From Deltaproteobacteria bacterium (GTDB taxonomy: Bacteria; Desulfobacterota; WTBG01; JAGOGO01), in assembly GCA_017996625.1 (NCBI GenBank), contig JAGOGO010000001.1, positions 2,336 through 66,335 of the forward strand: a stretch of 64,000 nt of DNA, given 5' to 3'. The notes below the pieces were generated by a model. That model was not told where the DNA came from. It did no database searches and was given only the letters and a program-made list of their open reading frames with translations. The first letter of the stretch is position 1. Every line of letters starts with the position of its first letter. The position numbers were made by a program, and so were the translations under genes. Shown here piece after piece: positions 28,902-37,593 of the stretch.

Positions 28902-29588
28902 ATGAGAGTAGTATCTATCGAAGCAACAACCCTAGATGATGCCTGGCATCAGGCAGTATATAATCTTTTTGATCATGGATATAAGTATACTATCGATAGC
29001 GGAAGCTATGCCGGGAGCCAGCGAATTGAGTTTGATTTCGTGGTCATTCGGATCAAGAATCCGGCGGATGAGCCGCGACTTCCCAGAATTCCGGAGCAGC
29101 TTCGTATCCCCCCGCCGGTAAGTGATGATTATGTGGTGAATTATTTCAACGACTACATCATGGGTGGCAACAAAGCGAAAGGTGAGGATTATACGTATGG
29201 CGAGCGACTGACGAAAGCGCCTCGATCTGATGGAACCTTCTTTAGTCAAATCGAAGAAGCAATCCGACGATTCCGAACGGAGGGATTTGGTACTAATCAG
29301 ATTATTCTTCAAGTAGGGCAACCTTCGGACCTCTTATTGAATGATCCGCCCTGCCTGCGCCACATTGACCTGCGCATCCGGGATAGCATGCTCCACTTTT
29401 TTCCCTACTTCCGTTCCTGGGATCTATGGGGAGGGTTTCCCGCCAATCTGGCTGCGCTTCAGCTTCTCAAAGAATATATGGCCATGGAAATCGGCGTGGC
29501 TGACGGTGAAATCGTTGCTGCCTCCAAGGGTCTCCATATCTATAAGCATGTTGAGGAGCTGGCTAAACTGCGATTTGGAAAGCCCTAG
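28902..29588 (+). CDS. thymidylate synthase-like protein (short, archaeal-type ThyA fold)
   Basis: 228 aa. C-terminal half aligns to the ThyA catalytic core: NDPPCLRH (PPC active-site Cys), YFRSWDLWGGFPANLAALQLL (compare [21 protein letters not shown]), GEIVAASKGLHIYKHV (compare GDFVWTGGDTHLYSNH). Confidence 0.55.
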   Translation: MRVVSIEATTLDDAWHQAVYNLFDHGYKYTIDSGSYAGSQRIEFDFVVIRIKNPADEPRLPRIPEQLRIPPPVSDDYVVNYFNDYIMGGNKAKGEDYTYGERLTKAPRSDGTFFSQIEEAIRRFRTEGFGTNQIILQVGQPSDLLLNDPPCLRHIDLRIRDSMLHFFPYFRSWDLWGGFPANLAALQLLKEYMAMEIGVADGEIVAASKGLHIYKHVEELAKLRFGKP

Positions 29589-29660
29589 AATAGTGCGGTC
29601 ATAGCTGCTTCTCGCAATTCCTTTCTCTTATCAATCACCTATGATAACACCAGCCTGGAG

Positions 29661-30461
29661 GTGGTGATGAAACATAAAGACACCTTTACCTCGAAGCAAT
29701 CGTTTTTTTCCGGACTCACCTGCTCCGATGTCCAGCACCTCATCGAAAGACTGCCCTTTACCGTGATTGTGCTCAATGCTCACGGACAGGTGGTATATGT
29801 TAACGAGTGGGGAGAGAAGGTCTATCAGTGCACATTTGACGATATTCACCATCGTCCCCTCGCTGATATCCTGTTTGTGTCTGATCCGGACATCCTTGCC
29901 AATGCGCTTGCAGTAGCCTACAAAGGAAAAGTGGTTTTCAACGTACGGTGGCAGGAGGAGCAGTATTATGAGGGACGAGTGTTTTGGCGCGAGGCAACCT
30001 TCATTCCGTTTTTCGCTGAAACAGGAGACATTGAATATGTGATGGTGACTGTCAACGATATTACCGAGCACGTGCGATCGCAGAAAATGCTCATCAAGAG
30101 CCAGGAACAGTACCGAAGGATCTTTGAGTGCGCACCTGTTGCCATAGTGATTCTCGAGCGCGGTATCATTCGTGGCTCTAATCCAGCATGGGAGCTTCTT
30201 AGCGGATACTCACAAGAAGATCTTCTGGGAACCCGCGTCGAACGGATTGTGTCAGAGGAACATACCTCTGGCATTAGCTGGGTAGAAAAGCTGGAAACAG
30301 CGATTGATAAGGCGCAAGCAGGAGAAGTGCAGTCACTAACGATGTCTTGGAAGACAAACAGTGGTGACATTATAAGCACTTGTATAACAATTGGCTCGAC
30401 CAGCAGCAGCGGTAGCATCACTCCAGGCGCGCTAGTGGAAGTAATCATTCAAGAAGTTTAA
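29661..30461 (+). CDS. PAS domain-containing protein (two PAS folds, no output domain)
   Basis: Two PAS-like repeats (LPFTVIVLNAHGQVVYVNEWGEKVY... and YRRIFECAPVAIVILERGIIRGSNPAWELLSGYSQEDLLG). No kinase, GGDEF or HTH domain follows. Confidence 0.65.
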   Translation: MVMKHKDTFTSKQSFFSGLTCSDVQHLIERLPFTVIVLNAHGQVVYVNEWGEKVYQCTFDDIHHRPLADILFVSDPDILANALAVAYKGKVVFNVRWQEEQYYEGRVFWREATFIPFFAETGDIEYVMVTVNDITEHVRSQKMLIKSQEQYRRIFECAPVAIVILERGIIRGSNPAWELLSGYSQEDLLGTRVERIVSEEHTSGISWVEKLETAIDKAQAGEVQSLTMSWKTNSGDIISTCITIGSTSSSGSITPGALVEVIIQEV

Positions 30462-30722
30462 AAACAACCCTCTTAACCTAAAATTAAGAGAAAAAAGAAG
30501 GAAAAACCAGCTTTCAGAAGCTTGCGTCCGCTGATTGGATGTGAAAATTTTGTTCATAACTCACCTAAGAGATTAAAAGGTCGTTTTTTTTCTAAAGGGT
30601 CCTATCCTCCTTGGCTGATGAGAAAATGCCGTGAATTGCTGATAAATAGTGTTAGTTTTTGCAAGCTTATATGTTCGGTAGCGCTTTTTACATTCCTTCG
30701 GCAAAACGATCAAAAACAGCGG

Positions 30723-30753
30723 TTGACAGCATACCTTGGTCCTCGTTTATTAT
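30723..30753 (+). promoter_or_regulatory. sigma70-like promoter upstream of dnaA
   Basis: TTGACA, 17 bp spacer, TTTATT (TATTAT offset by 2), about 55 nt upstream of the dnaA ATG. AGGAGAG ribosome-binding site at -10 from the ATG. Confidence 0.5.
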
Positions 30754-30806
30754 CCTTCTAAGCCGAGAGAAACCCACCACCACATTTTAGAGCAGGAAGG
30801 AGAGAG

Positions 30807-32153
30807 ATGGAGCCACAACTCTTGAGGCAGTTTGAAGATCTTGTCAAAAAGAATATCGGCGTAACATCTTATAATCGTTGGTTTTCCCAAATCAAGCCCG
30901 AACGGATTGATGACCGAAAAGCAGTTCTTGCATGCCCTAATACGTTTGTTCTCGATTGGGTCAAACTTCATTACTATCCAATCATTGTGAAGACAATCCG
31001 AGAGTTGTTGGGAGAAACGGTGGCGGTGGAGCTCCTGGTGAAGGAATGTCCTTACGATGAAAACGGTGCAAGGATCAACACCCAGCAGCAGCGCTCACTT
31101 CCGGGAACAGAAAACTATTTGAATTGCCTGCCATTTGTAAATCAGGGATATTCATTCAGCAATTTCGTTGTCGGCCCGAGTAATCACCTGGCCTATGCTT
31201 CGGCCCTGGCGATAACCGAACCCGATTTCAGGCGTTACAATCCCTTTTTCATATACTCATCCGAGGGGCTCGGGAAGACTCATCTTTCAAGCGCCATGGG
31301 AGTGAAGATTTTCAATCACAATGCTGATGTCAAAATCTTCTATACAACCGCCGAGTGGTTCACCCATGAAATGATCCAGGCCCTACGAAAAAATCGGATC
31401 CTGGAATTCAAAGAAAGGTATCGGAAACACTGTGACGTTCTTTTTATCGAGGATATCCAATTTCTTCAGAAGAAAGAAAAAACCCAGGAAGAAATCTTTT
31501 ACACGCTGAATGCGCTGATTCAGATGGGAAAGCAGGTAGTGCTTACTGCGAATGCCAATCCCCGGGAGCTCAGCGACTTGAAATCTAATCTGAAATCGCA
31601 AATGGGAAGCGGGCTGGTAGTAGATATTCGGCAGCCCGATTACGAAACCAGGCGCGAAATTATTACCAAGAAATGTACTGAGGAGAAGGTTGAAATCTCA
31701 GATGATGCTGCCGATTTTATCGCCCGATCGATAACAAGCAACATTCGGGACTTGAAGAGTGCCTTGATCCATGTAATTGCCACTTCATCTCTGCTTGGCC
31801 AAGATATCACCATGGATGTGGTAAAGGAGAGTTTGAAGGGTTTTATAGAAAAGGCCAAAGTGATCGGTATCAATGAAATAAACAGCTTTATCGCCCAATA
31901 CTTCAAGATTTCGTTGGATCAGCTTCGCTCCAAATCCCGCAGTAGGACTGTTACCTATCCCCGGCAGATGTCATATTATTTTTGTCGGAAATATACCAAC
32001 AGTACATTGGCGGAAATCGGGAAGTGCTTCAACCGGAATCACTCATCAGTGGTACGGGCTCTGAATAAGTTCGAATCGAGCCTGCGCACTAATCGCAGTA
32101 TCCGTGACGCTGTCGACTTTTTGACCGAGAAGTTCGAAAAGAGCTATTTGTAG
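30807..32153 (+). CDS. dnaA: chromosomal replication initiator protein DnaA
   Basis: 448 aa. Domain I, AAA+ Walker A (SSEGLGKTHL), and Walker B (FIEDIQF) motifs. C-terminal DnaA-box-binding helix-turn-helix region (RSRTVTYPRQMSYYFCRKYTNSTLAEIGKCFNRNHSSV). Confidence 0.95.
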   Translation: MEPQLLRQFEDLVKKNIGVTSYNRWFSQIKPERIDDRKAVLACPNTFVLDWVKLHYYPIIVKTIRELLGETVAVELLVKECPYDENGARINTQQQRSLPGTENYLNCLPFVNQGYSFSNFVVGPSNHLAYASALAITEPDFRRYNPFFIYSSEGLGKTHLSSAMGVKIFNHNADVKIFYTTAEWFTHEMIQALRKNRILEFKERYRKHCDVLFIEDIQFLQKKEKTQEEIFYTLNALIQMGKQVVLTANANPRELSDLKSNLKSQMGSGLVVDIRQPDYETRREIITKKCTEEKVEISDDAADFIARSITSNIRDLKSALIHVIATSSLLGQDITMDVVKESLKGFIEKAKVIGINEINSFIAQYFKISLDQLRSKSRSRTVTYPRQMSYYFCRKYTNSTLAEIGKCFNRNHSSVVRALNKFESSLRTNRSIRDAVDFLTEKFEKSYL

Positions 32154-32159
32154 GTGGCT

Positions 32160-32255
32160 TGGAGAATGGAGAAAGGGAAAAATGGAGAATAGTGAATTTT
32201 TCCTTTGTTGTCCTTAAGCCCAGAACTATTTAACCATTTTCCCATTCTGCCACTT
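32160..32255. repeat. intergenic palindromic element, family member D, immediately after dnaA stop
   Basis: GGAGAATGGAGAAAGGGAAAAATGGAGAATAGTGAA ... CCATTTTCCCATTCTGCCAC. Same GGAGAATGG / CCATTCTCC arms as member E in inverse order. Confidence 0.5.
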
Positions 32256-32317
32256 AAGGAATATTCCACCTTTTCAGTACCCCAGCTTTTCTTTTACCGC
32301 GTGAAACCGCAGCAAGT

Positions 32318-33655
32318 TCATTTCCCGGAATGGTCTTTCTGCCGCCTCCTGCGGTCCAGTTCTCTTTTTATTTCCCGCTCCCAACCGCGATCAACAGGAC
32401 GATAATACCTCCGCCCTGCCAATTTTGAGGGAAGATGCTCCTGCTCCACCTGCGCTTCTGGAAAATTGTGAGCGTATTGGTAGTCCTTACCGTATCCGAG
32501 TTCTTTCATCAGCTTGGTTGGTGCATTGCGAAGGTGAAAAGGGACTGGCAAGGCGCCTTGTTCTCGGGCATCTCTTCGTGCTTCGCTAAAGGCCAGGTAT
32601 ACTGCGTTACTTTTTGGTGCACAAGCCAGGTATACGGCTGCTTGTGCAAGAGAGAGCTCACCCTCGGGAGAACCGAGGAATTGATAAGCCTGATAGGCAG
32701 CGAGAGCAATTTGAAGAGCCTGAGAATCGGCATTGCCGATATCTTCCGAAGCAAAGCGGACCATACGCCGGGCAAGGTAGAGAGGGTCCTCGCCAGCTTC
32801 AATCATCCGTGCCAGCCAGTACAGAGCAGCATCCGGGTCGCTGTCGCGCAAGCTCTTGTGCAGCGCTGAAATAAGATTATAGTGTTCCTCCCCTTTCTTG
32901 TCATAGAGCAGCGCCTTGCGCTGAAGGGAAGCGATGATATCTTCTGGCGCAATCTTGCGAATGGTATCAGGTCCTGGGGGTGTGCTGAGAACGACCAGCT
33001 CAAGAGTATTCAGAGCGGTGCGGGCGTCGCCGTCAGAGAAGTGGACGATTGTGTCCAGAGCCTCCGGGCTCATGGTGACCGGCAGCGACCCTAAGCCGCG
33101 TTCCGGGTCTTTTAGCGCATTTTGCACGATCTGCTGTATTGCTTCATCGCTTAGTTGGTTGAGCGTGAAGACCCTGCTTCGGGAAAGCAGCGGTGCAATA
33201 ACTTCAAAGGATGGATTTTCTGTCGTGGCACCAATGAGAATTACGGTGCCGTTTTCAATGTGAGGAAGAAAAGCGTCCTGCTGTGCCTTGTTGAAGCGAT
33301 GAATCTCATCAACAAAAAGGATGGTGCGTTTCTTGTGAAATGTCCACTGCCGCTTTGCATCAGCAATAACTTCCTTTAGTTCTTTGAGTCCCGAGGTAAC
33401 GGCGCTGAAGGCAACAAAGAACTCGCCGGACTCACGGGCGATGAGGTGAGCGAGGGTAGTCTTACCTGATCCTGGAGGACCCCAGAGGACCATGGAAGGG
33501 ATATTTTTTGTATGTATGGCTTGGCGGAGAACCCGTCCTTCGCCAAGGAGATGCTCCTGTCCAATGAATTCATCGAGAGTTCGTGGCCGCATCCGGTCAG
33601 CTAGAGGAGCTGTCACGTTCTCCTTTGTCTGAGGCGGTGTTGAAAAAAGATCCAT
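32318..33655 (-). CDS. rarA: replication-associated recombination protein A (MgsA/RarA AAA+ ATPase)
   Basis: 445 aa. LWGPPGSGKTTLAHLIA Walker A and ILFVDEIHRFNKAQQDAFL Walker B/sensor motifs. C-terminal MgsA helical domain. Confidence 0.9.
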   Translation of the reverse strand: MDLFSTPPQTKENVTAPLADRMRPRTLDEFIGQEHLLGEGRVLRQAIHTKNIPSMVLWGPPGSGKTTLAHLIARESGEFFVAFSAVTSGLKELKEVIADAKRQWTFHKKRTILFVDEIHRFNKAQQDAFLPHIENGTVILIGATTENPSFEVIAPLLSRSRVFTLNQLSDEAIQQIVQNALKDPERGLGSLPVTMSPEALDTIVHFSDGDARTALNTLELVVLSTPPGPDTIRKIAPEDIIASLQRKALLYDKKGEEHYNLISALHKSLRDSDPDAALYWLARMIEAGEDPLYLARRMVRFASEDIGNADSQALQIALAAYQAYQFLGSPEGELSLAQAAVYLACAPKSNAVYLAFSEARRDAREQGALPVPFHLRNAPTKLMKELGYGKDYQYAHNFPEAQVEQEHLPSKLAGRRYYRPVDRGWEREIKRELDRRRRQKDHSGK

Positions 33656-33831
33656 AGGTGCTGGCGAGATAAAGGTGGATGTTTTTCATCAGCTTAACGA
33701 CCAGGCTACCGTATTGTCAAGACAAAACCCCAAATCCACCGCCTCAAACATGATTGCTGTTGTGAGCCGGATGGTTAGCTACTGTCCCTGATCACCAGGA
33801 AAGTACGAGAGGCAAGGCGCCAAGGAGCGAT

Positions 33832-33910
33832 CCCGCGAAGCGGGTTACCCGTCAGCTCTTCTGGCCCGCGAAGCGGGTTACCCGTCAGCTCTTCTGGCCC
33901 GCGAAGCGGG
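33832..33910. repeat. 33-bp tandem repeat, 2.4 copies, each with a CCCGC-GAA-GCGGG hairpin
   Basis: CCCGCGAAGCGGGTTACCCGTCAGCTCTTCTGG x2, then CCCGCGAAGCGGG. Lies in the rarA / iorA divergent intergenic region. Confidence 0.8.
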
Positions 33911-33960
33911 ACAACCCAGCAGATCATGTTTTGATGGTGATTCGGGGGAATGCAGCCTGG

Positions 33961-33989
33961 TTGACAGGGACTATGCTTTGCACTATGAT
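33961..33989 (+). promoter_or_regulatory. sigma70-like promoter upstream of iorA
   Basis: TTGACA, 17 bp (GGGACTATGCTTTGCAC), TATGAT. AAGGAG ribosome-binding site 7 nt before the ATG at 34071. Confidence 0.55.
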
Positions 33990-34070
33990 TGCTGATCGCT
34001 GTCTTAAACTTCTTGCAATCCTCTTTCCCAGTATTCTGACATGTCTTAGTTCTATTCTTAAGGAGCATCA

Positions 34071-35903
34071 ATGAAACGAGTGCTTTCTGGAAATGAGGCA
34101 ATCGCCCGGGGTGCCTACGAAGCTGGCGTGTCTTTTGCGACTGGATATCCGGGAACACCAAGTACGGAGATCCTCGAAAATCTGATACGCTTCGACCGGA
34201 TTACGGTGGAATGGTCTCCAAACGAAAAAGTGGCGCTGGAAGTCGGCAGCGGTGCATCTCTTGGCGGGGCACGAACTCTGGTGACCATGAAACATGTGGG
34301 ACTCAATGTTGCTGCCGATCCGCTTCTCACGCTTCCCTATATTGGGGTCCGAGGCGGTCTCGTGCTTGTGACCGCAGATGACCCGGATATGCACAGCTCA
34401 CAAAACGAACAAGACAACCGCGCCTATGCCTCGTTTGCCAAGGTGCCGCTTTTGGAGCCAAGTGACAGTCAGGAAGCCAAGGACCTTGTTAAGACAGCAT
34501 TTGATCTGAGCGAAAAATTCGATACGCTGGTAATGCTGCGTACAACCACGCGCATTGCCCATTCTGATTCGGTTGTTTCCCTCGGGCAGGTGCGCCGGCC
34601 CAAAGTCTCTCTGCGGATCAGTAAAGACGTTGCGAAGTACGTTATGGTTCCGGCTTTTGCCCGCAGGCGGCATCCTCTGATTGAAAAGAGAATGGGAAAC
34701 CTAGCTGCCCTTGCCGAAATATCTTCTCTGAACCGGATCGAGTGGGGCTCGAAGGATGTAGGAATGATAACCAGCGGAATCAGCTATCAGTACGTCAAAG
34801 AAGTCTATCCTAATTTCTCAGTGCTAAAGCTGGGCATGACCCATCCCTTGCCTGATCGAATGATCAGTCAGTTTGCAGCACGGGTAAAGAAATTGTATGT
34901 GGTTGAAGAGCTGGAGCCGTATCTGGAAGATCACATCCGTAGTTTAGGCGTTGTGGTACACGGGAAATCCCGTTTGCCGCGCTGCGGAGAGCTGAATCCG
35001 GACATCGTCGAACAAGGACTGAGCGCCAAGAAAGTAAAACTCCGCAAAACGGATGTCGCTGTGTCCTCGGTTCCGGCTCGACCGCCGAATCTCTGTGCTG
35101 GTTGTCCTCACCGGGGCGTTTTTTACAGCCTGAATCGATTGAACGTCTTTGTCACCGGCGATATCGGGTGTTACACCCTGGCACATATGCCTCCGCTCAA
35201 TTCCCTGGATACGGCACTATGCATGGGAGCTGGCATCGGCCAAGCTCATGGCATCGAGCGGGCTCTCGGACCTGATGCTCAGGGGAAGGTTGTCGCAGTT
35301 ATAGGCGATTCAACCTTCCTGCATTCCGGTATCACCGGATTAATGAACATGGCATACAATCGGGGGAAAGGAACGGTGGTGCTCTTGGACAACCGTTTTA
35401 CCGCCATGACCGGAGGACAGGAGCATCCGGGAACCGGATTTACAATGGCCGGAGAACCGACATTTCGGGTAGACTATATGCATCTCGGAGAAGCTTTAGG
35501 AGTACGACATATACGGACAATCAATCCGTATAATCTTCAGAAGACCTATTCCGTATTAAAAGAAGAAGCCAGTCGGCCGGAACTTTCTCTCGTGATTTCC
35601 GAGGCTCCATGCATACTGAATCGCCGGGAGTATACACCTTTTACTGATCGGTTTGAAATTGATCAGGAGCAGTGCATCGGCTGCGGAACCTGCATTCGGC
35701 TGGGATGCCCAGCCCTCGGTTGGAATGCAGAAGCTGCTTCCAGGGCCACTGGAGACGGCACCGCGACACGAAAAAAACGCAAAGGATTTGCCTCCCTCGA
35801 TCCTCTGCTTTGCATTGGCTGCGGTATGTGTCAGCAGGTATGTAAAACGAAAGCGATTAGCAAAGTCGCAGAGCAGGGGGTTAAAGAAGACCTCAGTGGT
35901 TAA
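34071..35903 (+). CDS. iorA: indolepyruvate:ferredoxin oxidoreductase alpha subunit-like TPP enzyme
   Basis: 610 aa. N-terminal VLSGNEAIARGAYEAGVSFATGYPGTPSTEI (POR/IOR domain), TPP-binding region, and two C-terminal 4Fe-4S ferredoxin motifs (CIGCGTCIRLGCP, CIGCGMCQQVC). No iorB follows. Confidence 0.7.
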   Translation: MKRVLSGNEAIARGAYEAGVSFATGYPGTPSTEILENLIRFDRITVEWSPNEKVALEVGSGASLGGARTLVTMKHVGLNVAADPLLTLPYIGVRGGLVLVTADDPDMHSSQNEQDNRAYASFAKVPLLEPSDSQEAKDLVKTAFDLSEKFDTLVMLRTTTRIAHSDSVVSLGQVRRPKVSLRISKDVAKYVMVPAFARRRHPLIEKRMGNLAALAEISSLNRIEWGSKDVGMITSGISYQYVKEVYPNFSVLKLGMTHPLPDRMISQFAARVKKLYVVEELEPYLEDHIRSLGVVVHGKSRLPRCGELNPDIVEQGLSAKKVKLRKTDVAVSSVPARPPNLCAGCPHRGVFYSLNRLNVFVTGDIGCYTLAHMPPLNSLDTALCMGAGIGQAHGIERALGPDAQGKVVAVIGDSTFLHSGITGLMNMAYNRGKGTVVLLDNRFTAMTGGQEHPGTGFTMAGEPTFRVDYMHLGEALGVRHIRTINPYNLQKTYSVLKEEASRPELSLVISEAPCILNRREYTPFTDRFEIDQEQCIGCGTCIRLGCPALGWNAEAASRATGDGTATRKKRKGFASLDPLLCIGCGMCQQVCKTKAISKVAEQGVKEDLSG

Positions 35904-36168
35904 GGGTTCAAAGTGGAGCATTAAGCGAAAGCCTCTGGGCGGCTTCGGTCCCCGGTAGATCGCAGAAGAAACTCTTCTTTAGCTGTGATTCCTCACTTCG
36001 TTCGGTGGATAAAGAGCTGAGGCGCAGCCCGCCTAGCCGGCAATGACGGACTGTCGTGAAGTTTCATACGAGGAGTAAAGGAATCCGTTCTCAGCAGGAC
36101 ACTTTATAAGACTCTGGCGACACACGAGCCTCCCAAGAGCCTGCAAGCATAGGATTTCGGTACCGTTC

Positions 36169-37182
36169 ATGACGTATGATCAAACAGATAAAGATTTCAT
36201 ACCGGGCTATCAGCGCCTGCGGCGATCCGGGGAGCTTGCCGAACGGATTCGCCAGGCGTACGAGCGGCTTTCCTGCTGCACACTCTGTCCCCGACAGTGC
36301 CGGGTTAATCGGTATCACGGTGAGCGAGGCTATTGCGGAGCTGGTGACTGTGTGAAAATAGCACGCTTCCTCCCTCACTTTGGTGAGGAGCCGCCCTTGA
36401 TCGGAATGCAAGGGGCCGGAACCATCTTCTTCTCGCACTGTAGTCTGAAATGCTGTTACTGTCAGAATTATCAGATTAGTCATCAGAGCTTGGGGCAGGA
36501 AACAACGGTCGTTGCTCTTGCACGGATCATGTGTGAGCTTCAGGAACAAGGGTGCGCCAATATTGATCTGGTAACTCCGACTCAGTATCTTCCTTTTATT
36601 TTGGATGCGGTTCGCCTCGCGGCAGAGAATGGCCTGATTATCCCTCTGGTATATAACAGCAGCGGGTATGAATCCCTGGAGACACTGCATCTTCTCGACG
36701 ACATCGTGGATATTTTTCTTCCTGATTGGAAATACAGCACCTCAGATCTGGCTGAGGAGTTCTCTCATGCTCCGGACTATCCTTCGGTATGTGAGGAGGC
36801 GGTGCGGGAAATGTACTATCAGGTGGGAGATCTTGTTGAAGACCCAAACGGACTAGCCCGCAGGGGGCTGATTGTTCGACATCTTGTCCTTCCCGGTTCT
36901 CTTGATAACACTGAACGTATCCTCAGGCGGATTGCTGAGCTGTTTCCAGACAGCATCCGAGTGAGTCTCATGTCGCAGTATGTGCCTTGCTATCAGAGTG
37001 AATTGCACCCGGGTCTCGATCGTCCTCTCACTGAAAGCGAGTACGGACGAGCCCGGGAAGTTCTGGAGGAGTGTGGTCTGGCTGAATGCTGGATCCAGGA
37101 GTTAGAAAGCCGTTGCCTTTTTTTGCCTGATTTTACCAAAGAGGATCCCTTTGGGGATACAAGTTCACGGGTCGAAGGTTAG
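36169..37182 (+). CDS. radical SAM protein, PflX-like (pyruvate formate-lyase activase homolog, COG1313 type)
   Basis: N-terminal auxiliary CxLCPRQC...GERGYCG motif followed by the radical SAM CSLKCCYCQN cluster. Confidence 0.7.
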   Translation: MTYDQTDKDFIPGYQRLRRSGELAERIRQAYERLSCCTLCPRQCRVNRYHGERGYCGAGDCVKIARFLPHFGEEPPLIGMQGAGTIFFSHCSLKCCYCQNYQISHQSLGQETTVVALARIMCELQEQGCANIDLVTPTQYLPFILDAVRLAAENGLIIPLVYNSSGYESLETLHLLDDIVDIFLPDWKYSTSDLAEEFSHAPDYPSVCEEAVREMYYQVGDLVEDPNGLARRGLIVRHLVLPGSLDNTERILRRIAELFPDSIRVSLMSQYVPCYQSELHPGLDRPLTESEYGRAREVLEECGLAECWIQELESRCLFLPDFTKEDPFGDTSSRVEG

Positions 37183-37189
37183 CAGGAAC

Positions 37190-37435
37190 TCGGAGCGGGA
37201 AAGATACTGGAATAATGGATGACCTCTTGAAGTGAGCGAGGATCGCGGAAGAAAATCCTAAATGCGAATCTCTCAGCACTAAACAAATTCCAAATCCAAA
37301 GGCTCTAAGGTCCTAAACCAAACGAATTCTCCCATTCTCCATTTTTCCAATCTCCCACCATTCCGCTCCTCAGTCGGTGAACGGTGAACGGACAACGGTG
37401 AACGCGTAAGCCTCTAAGCGGTGAACACGCGGCAG
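37190..37435. repeat. intergenic palindromic element, family member E, plus 4x GGTGAAC direct-repeat array
   Basis: GGAGCGGGAAAGATACTGGAATAATGGATG ... CCCATTCTCCATTTTTCCAATCTCCCACCATTCCGCTCC, then CGGTGAACGGTGAACGGACAACGGTGAACGCGTAAGCCTCTAAGCGGTGAACACGC. The 17-mer AACGGACAACGGTGAAC is identical to 3876-3892. Confidence 0.55.
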
Positions 37436-37593
37436 ATAACCGCAGTATCACGGCCGTGGAGAAACCTCTTGACTTGGTTCGGAAATGAGATAGAGTTTCT
37501 GTTTGATCCTGAGAACGGGTATCGCCCATTCATCAAAGCAGCGTCTGTGTGTCAAGCGGGTGAGCGAAATCAAAGAGAATCACACTGCGTTCC

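Noticed and set aside
30462-30806. Canonical oriC with DnaA-box cluster upstream of dnaA
   Set aside because: No perfect TTATCCACA or TGTGGATAA box and no clear cluster were found by eye. Only 1-3-mismatch variants. Kept as a low-confidence candidate rather than a feature.
33775-34161. 128-aa minus-strand ORF with GNPLRGPEELT peptide repeats
   Set aside because: Its repetitive peptide is simply the translation of the 33-bp tandem DNA repeat. It also overlaps the iorA start and promoter, so it is more plausibly non-coding.
37374-37432. Possible CRISPR array from the GGTGAAC repeats
   Set aside because: Repeat units are only 7-8 bp with irregular 8-23 bp spacing. There are no 28-37 bp repeats, no unique spacers, and no cas genes in the window.
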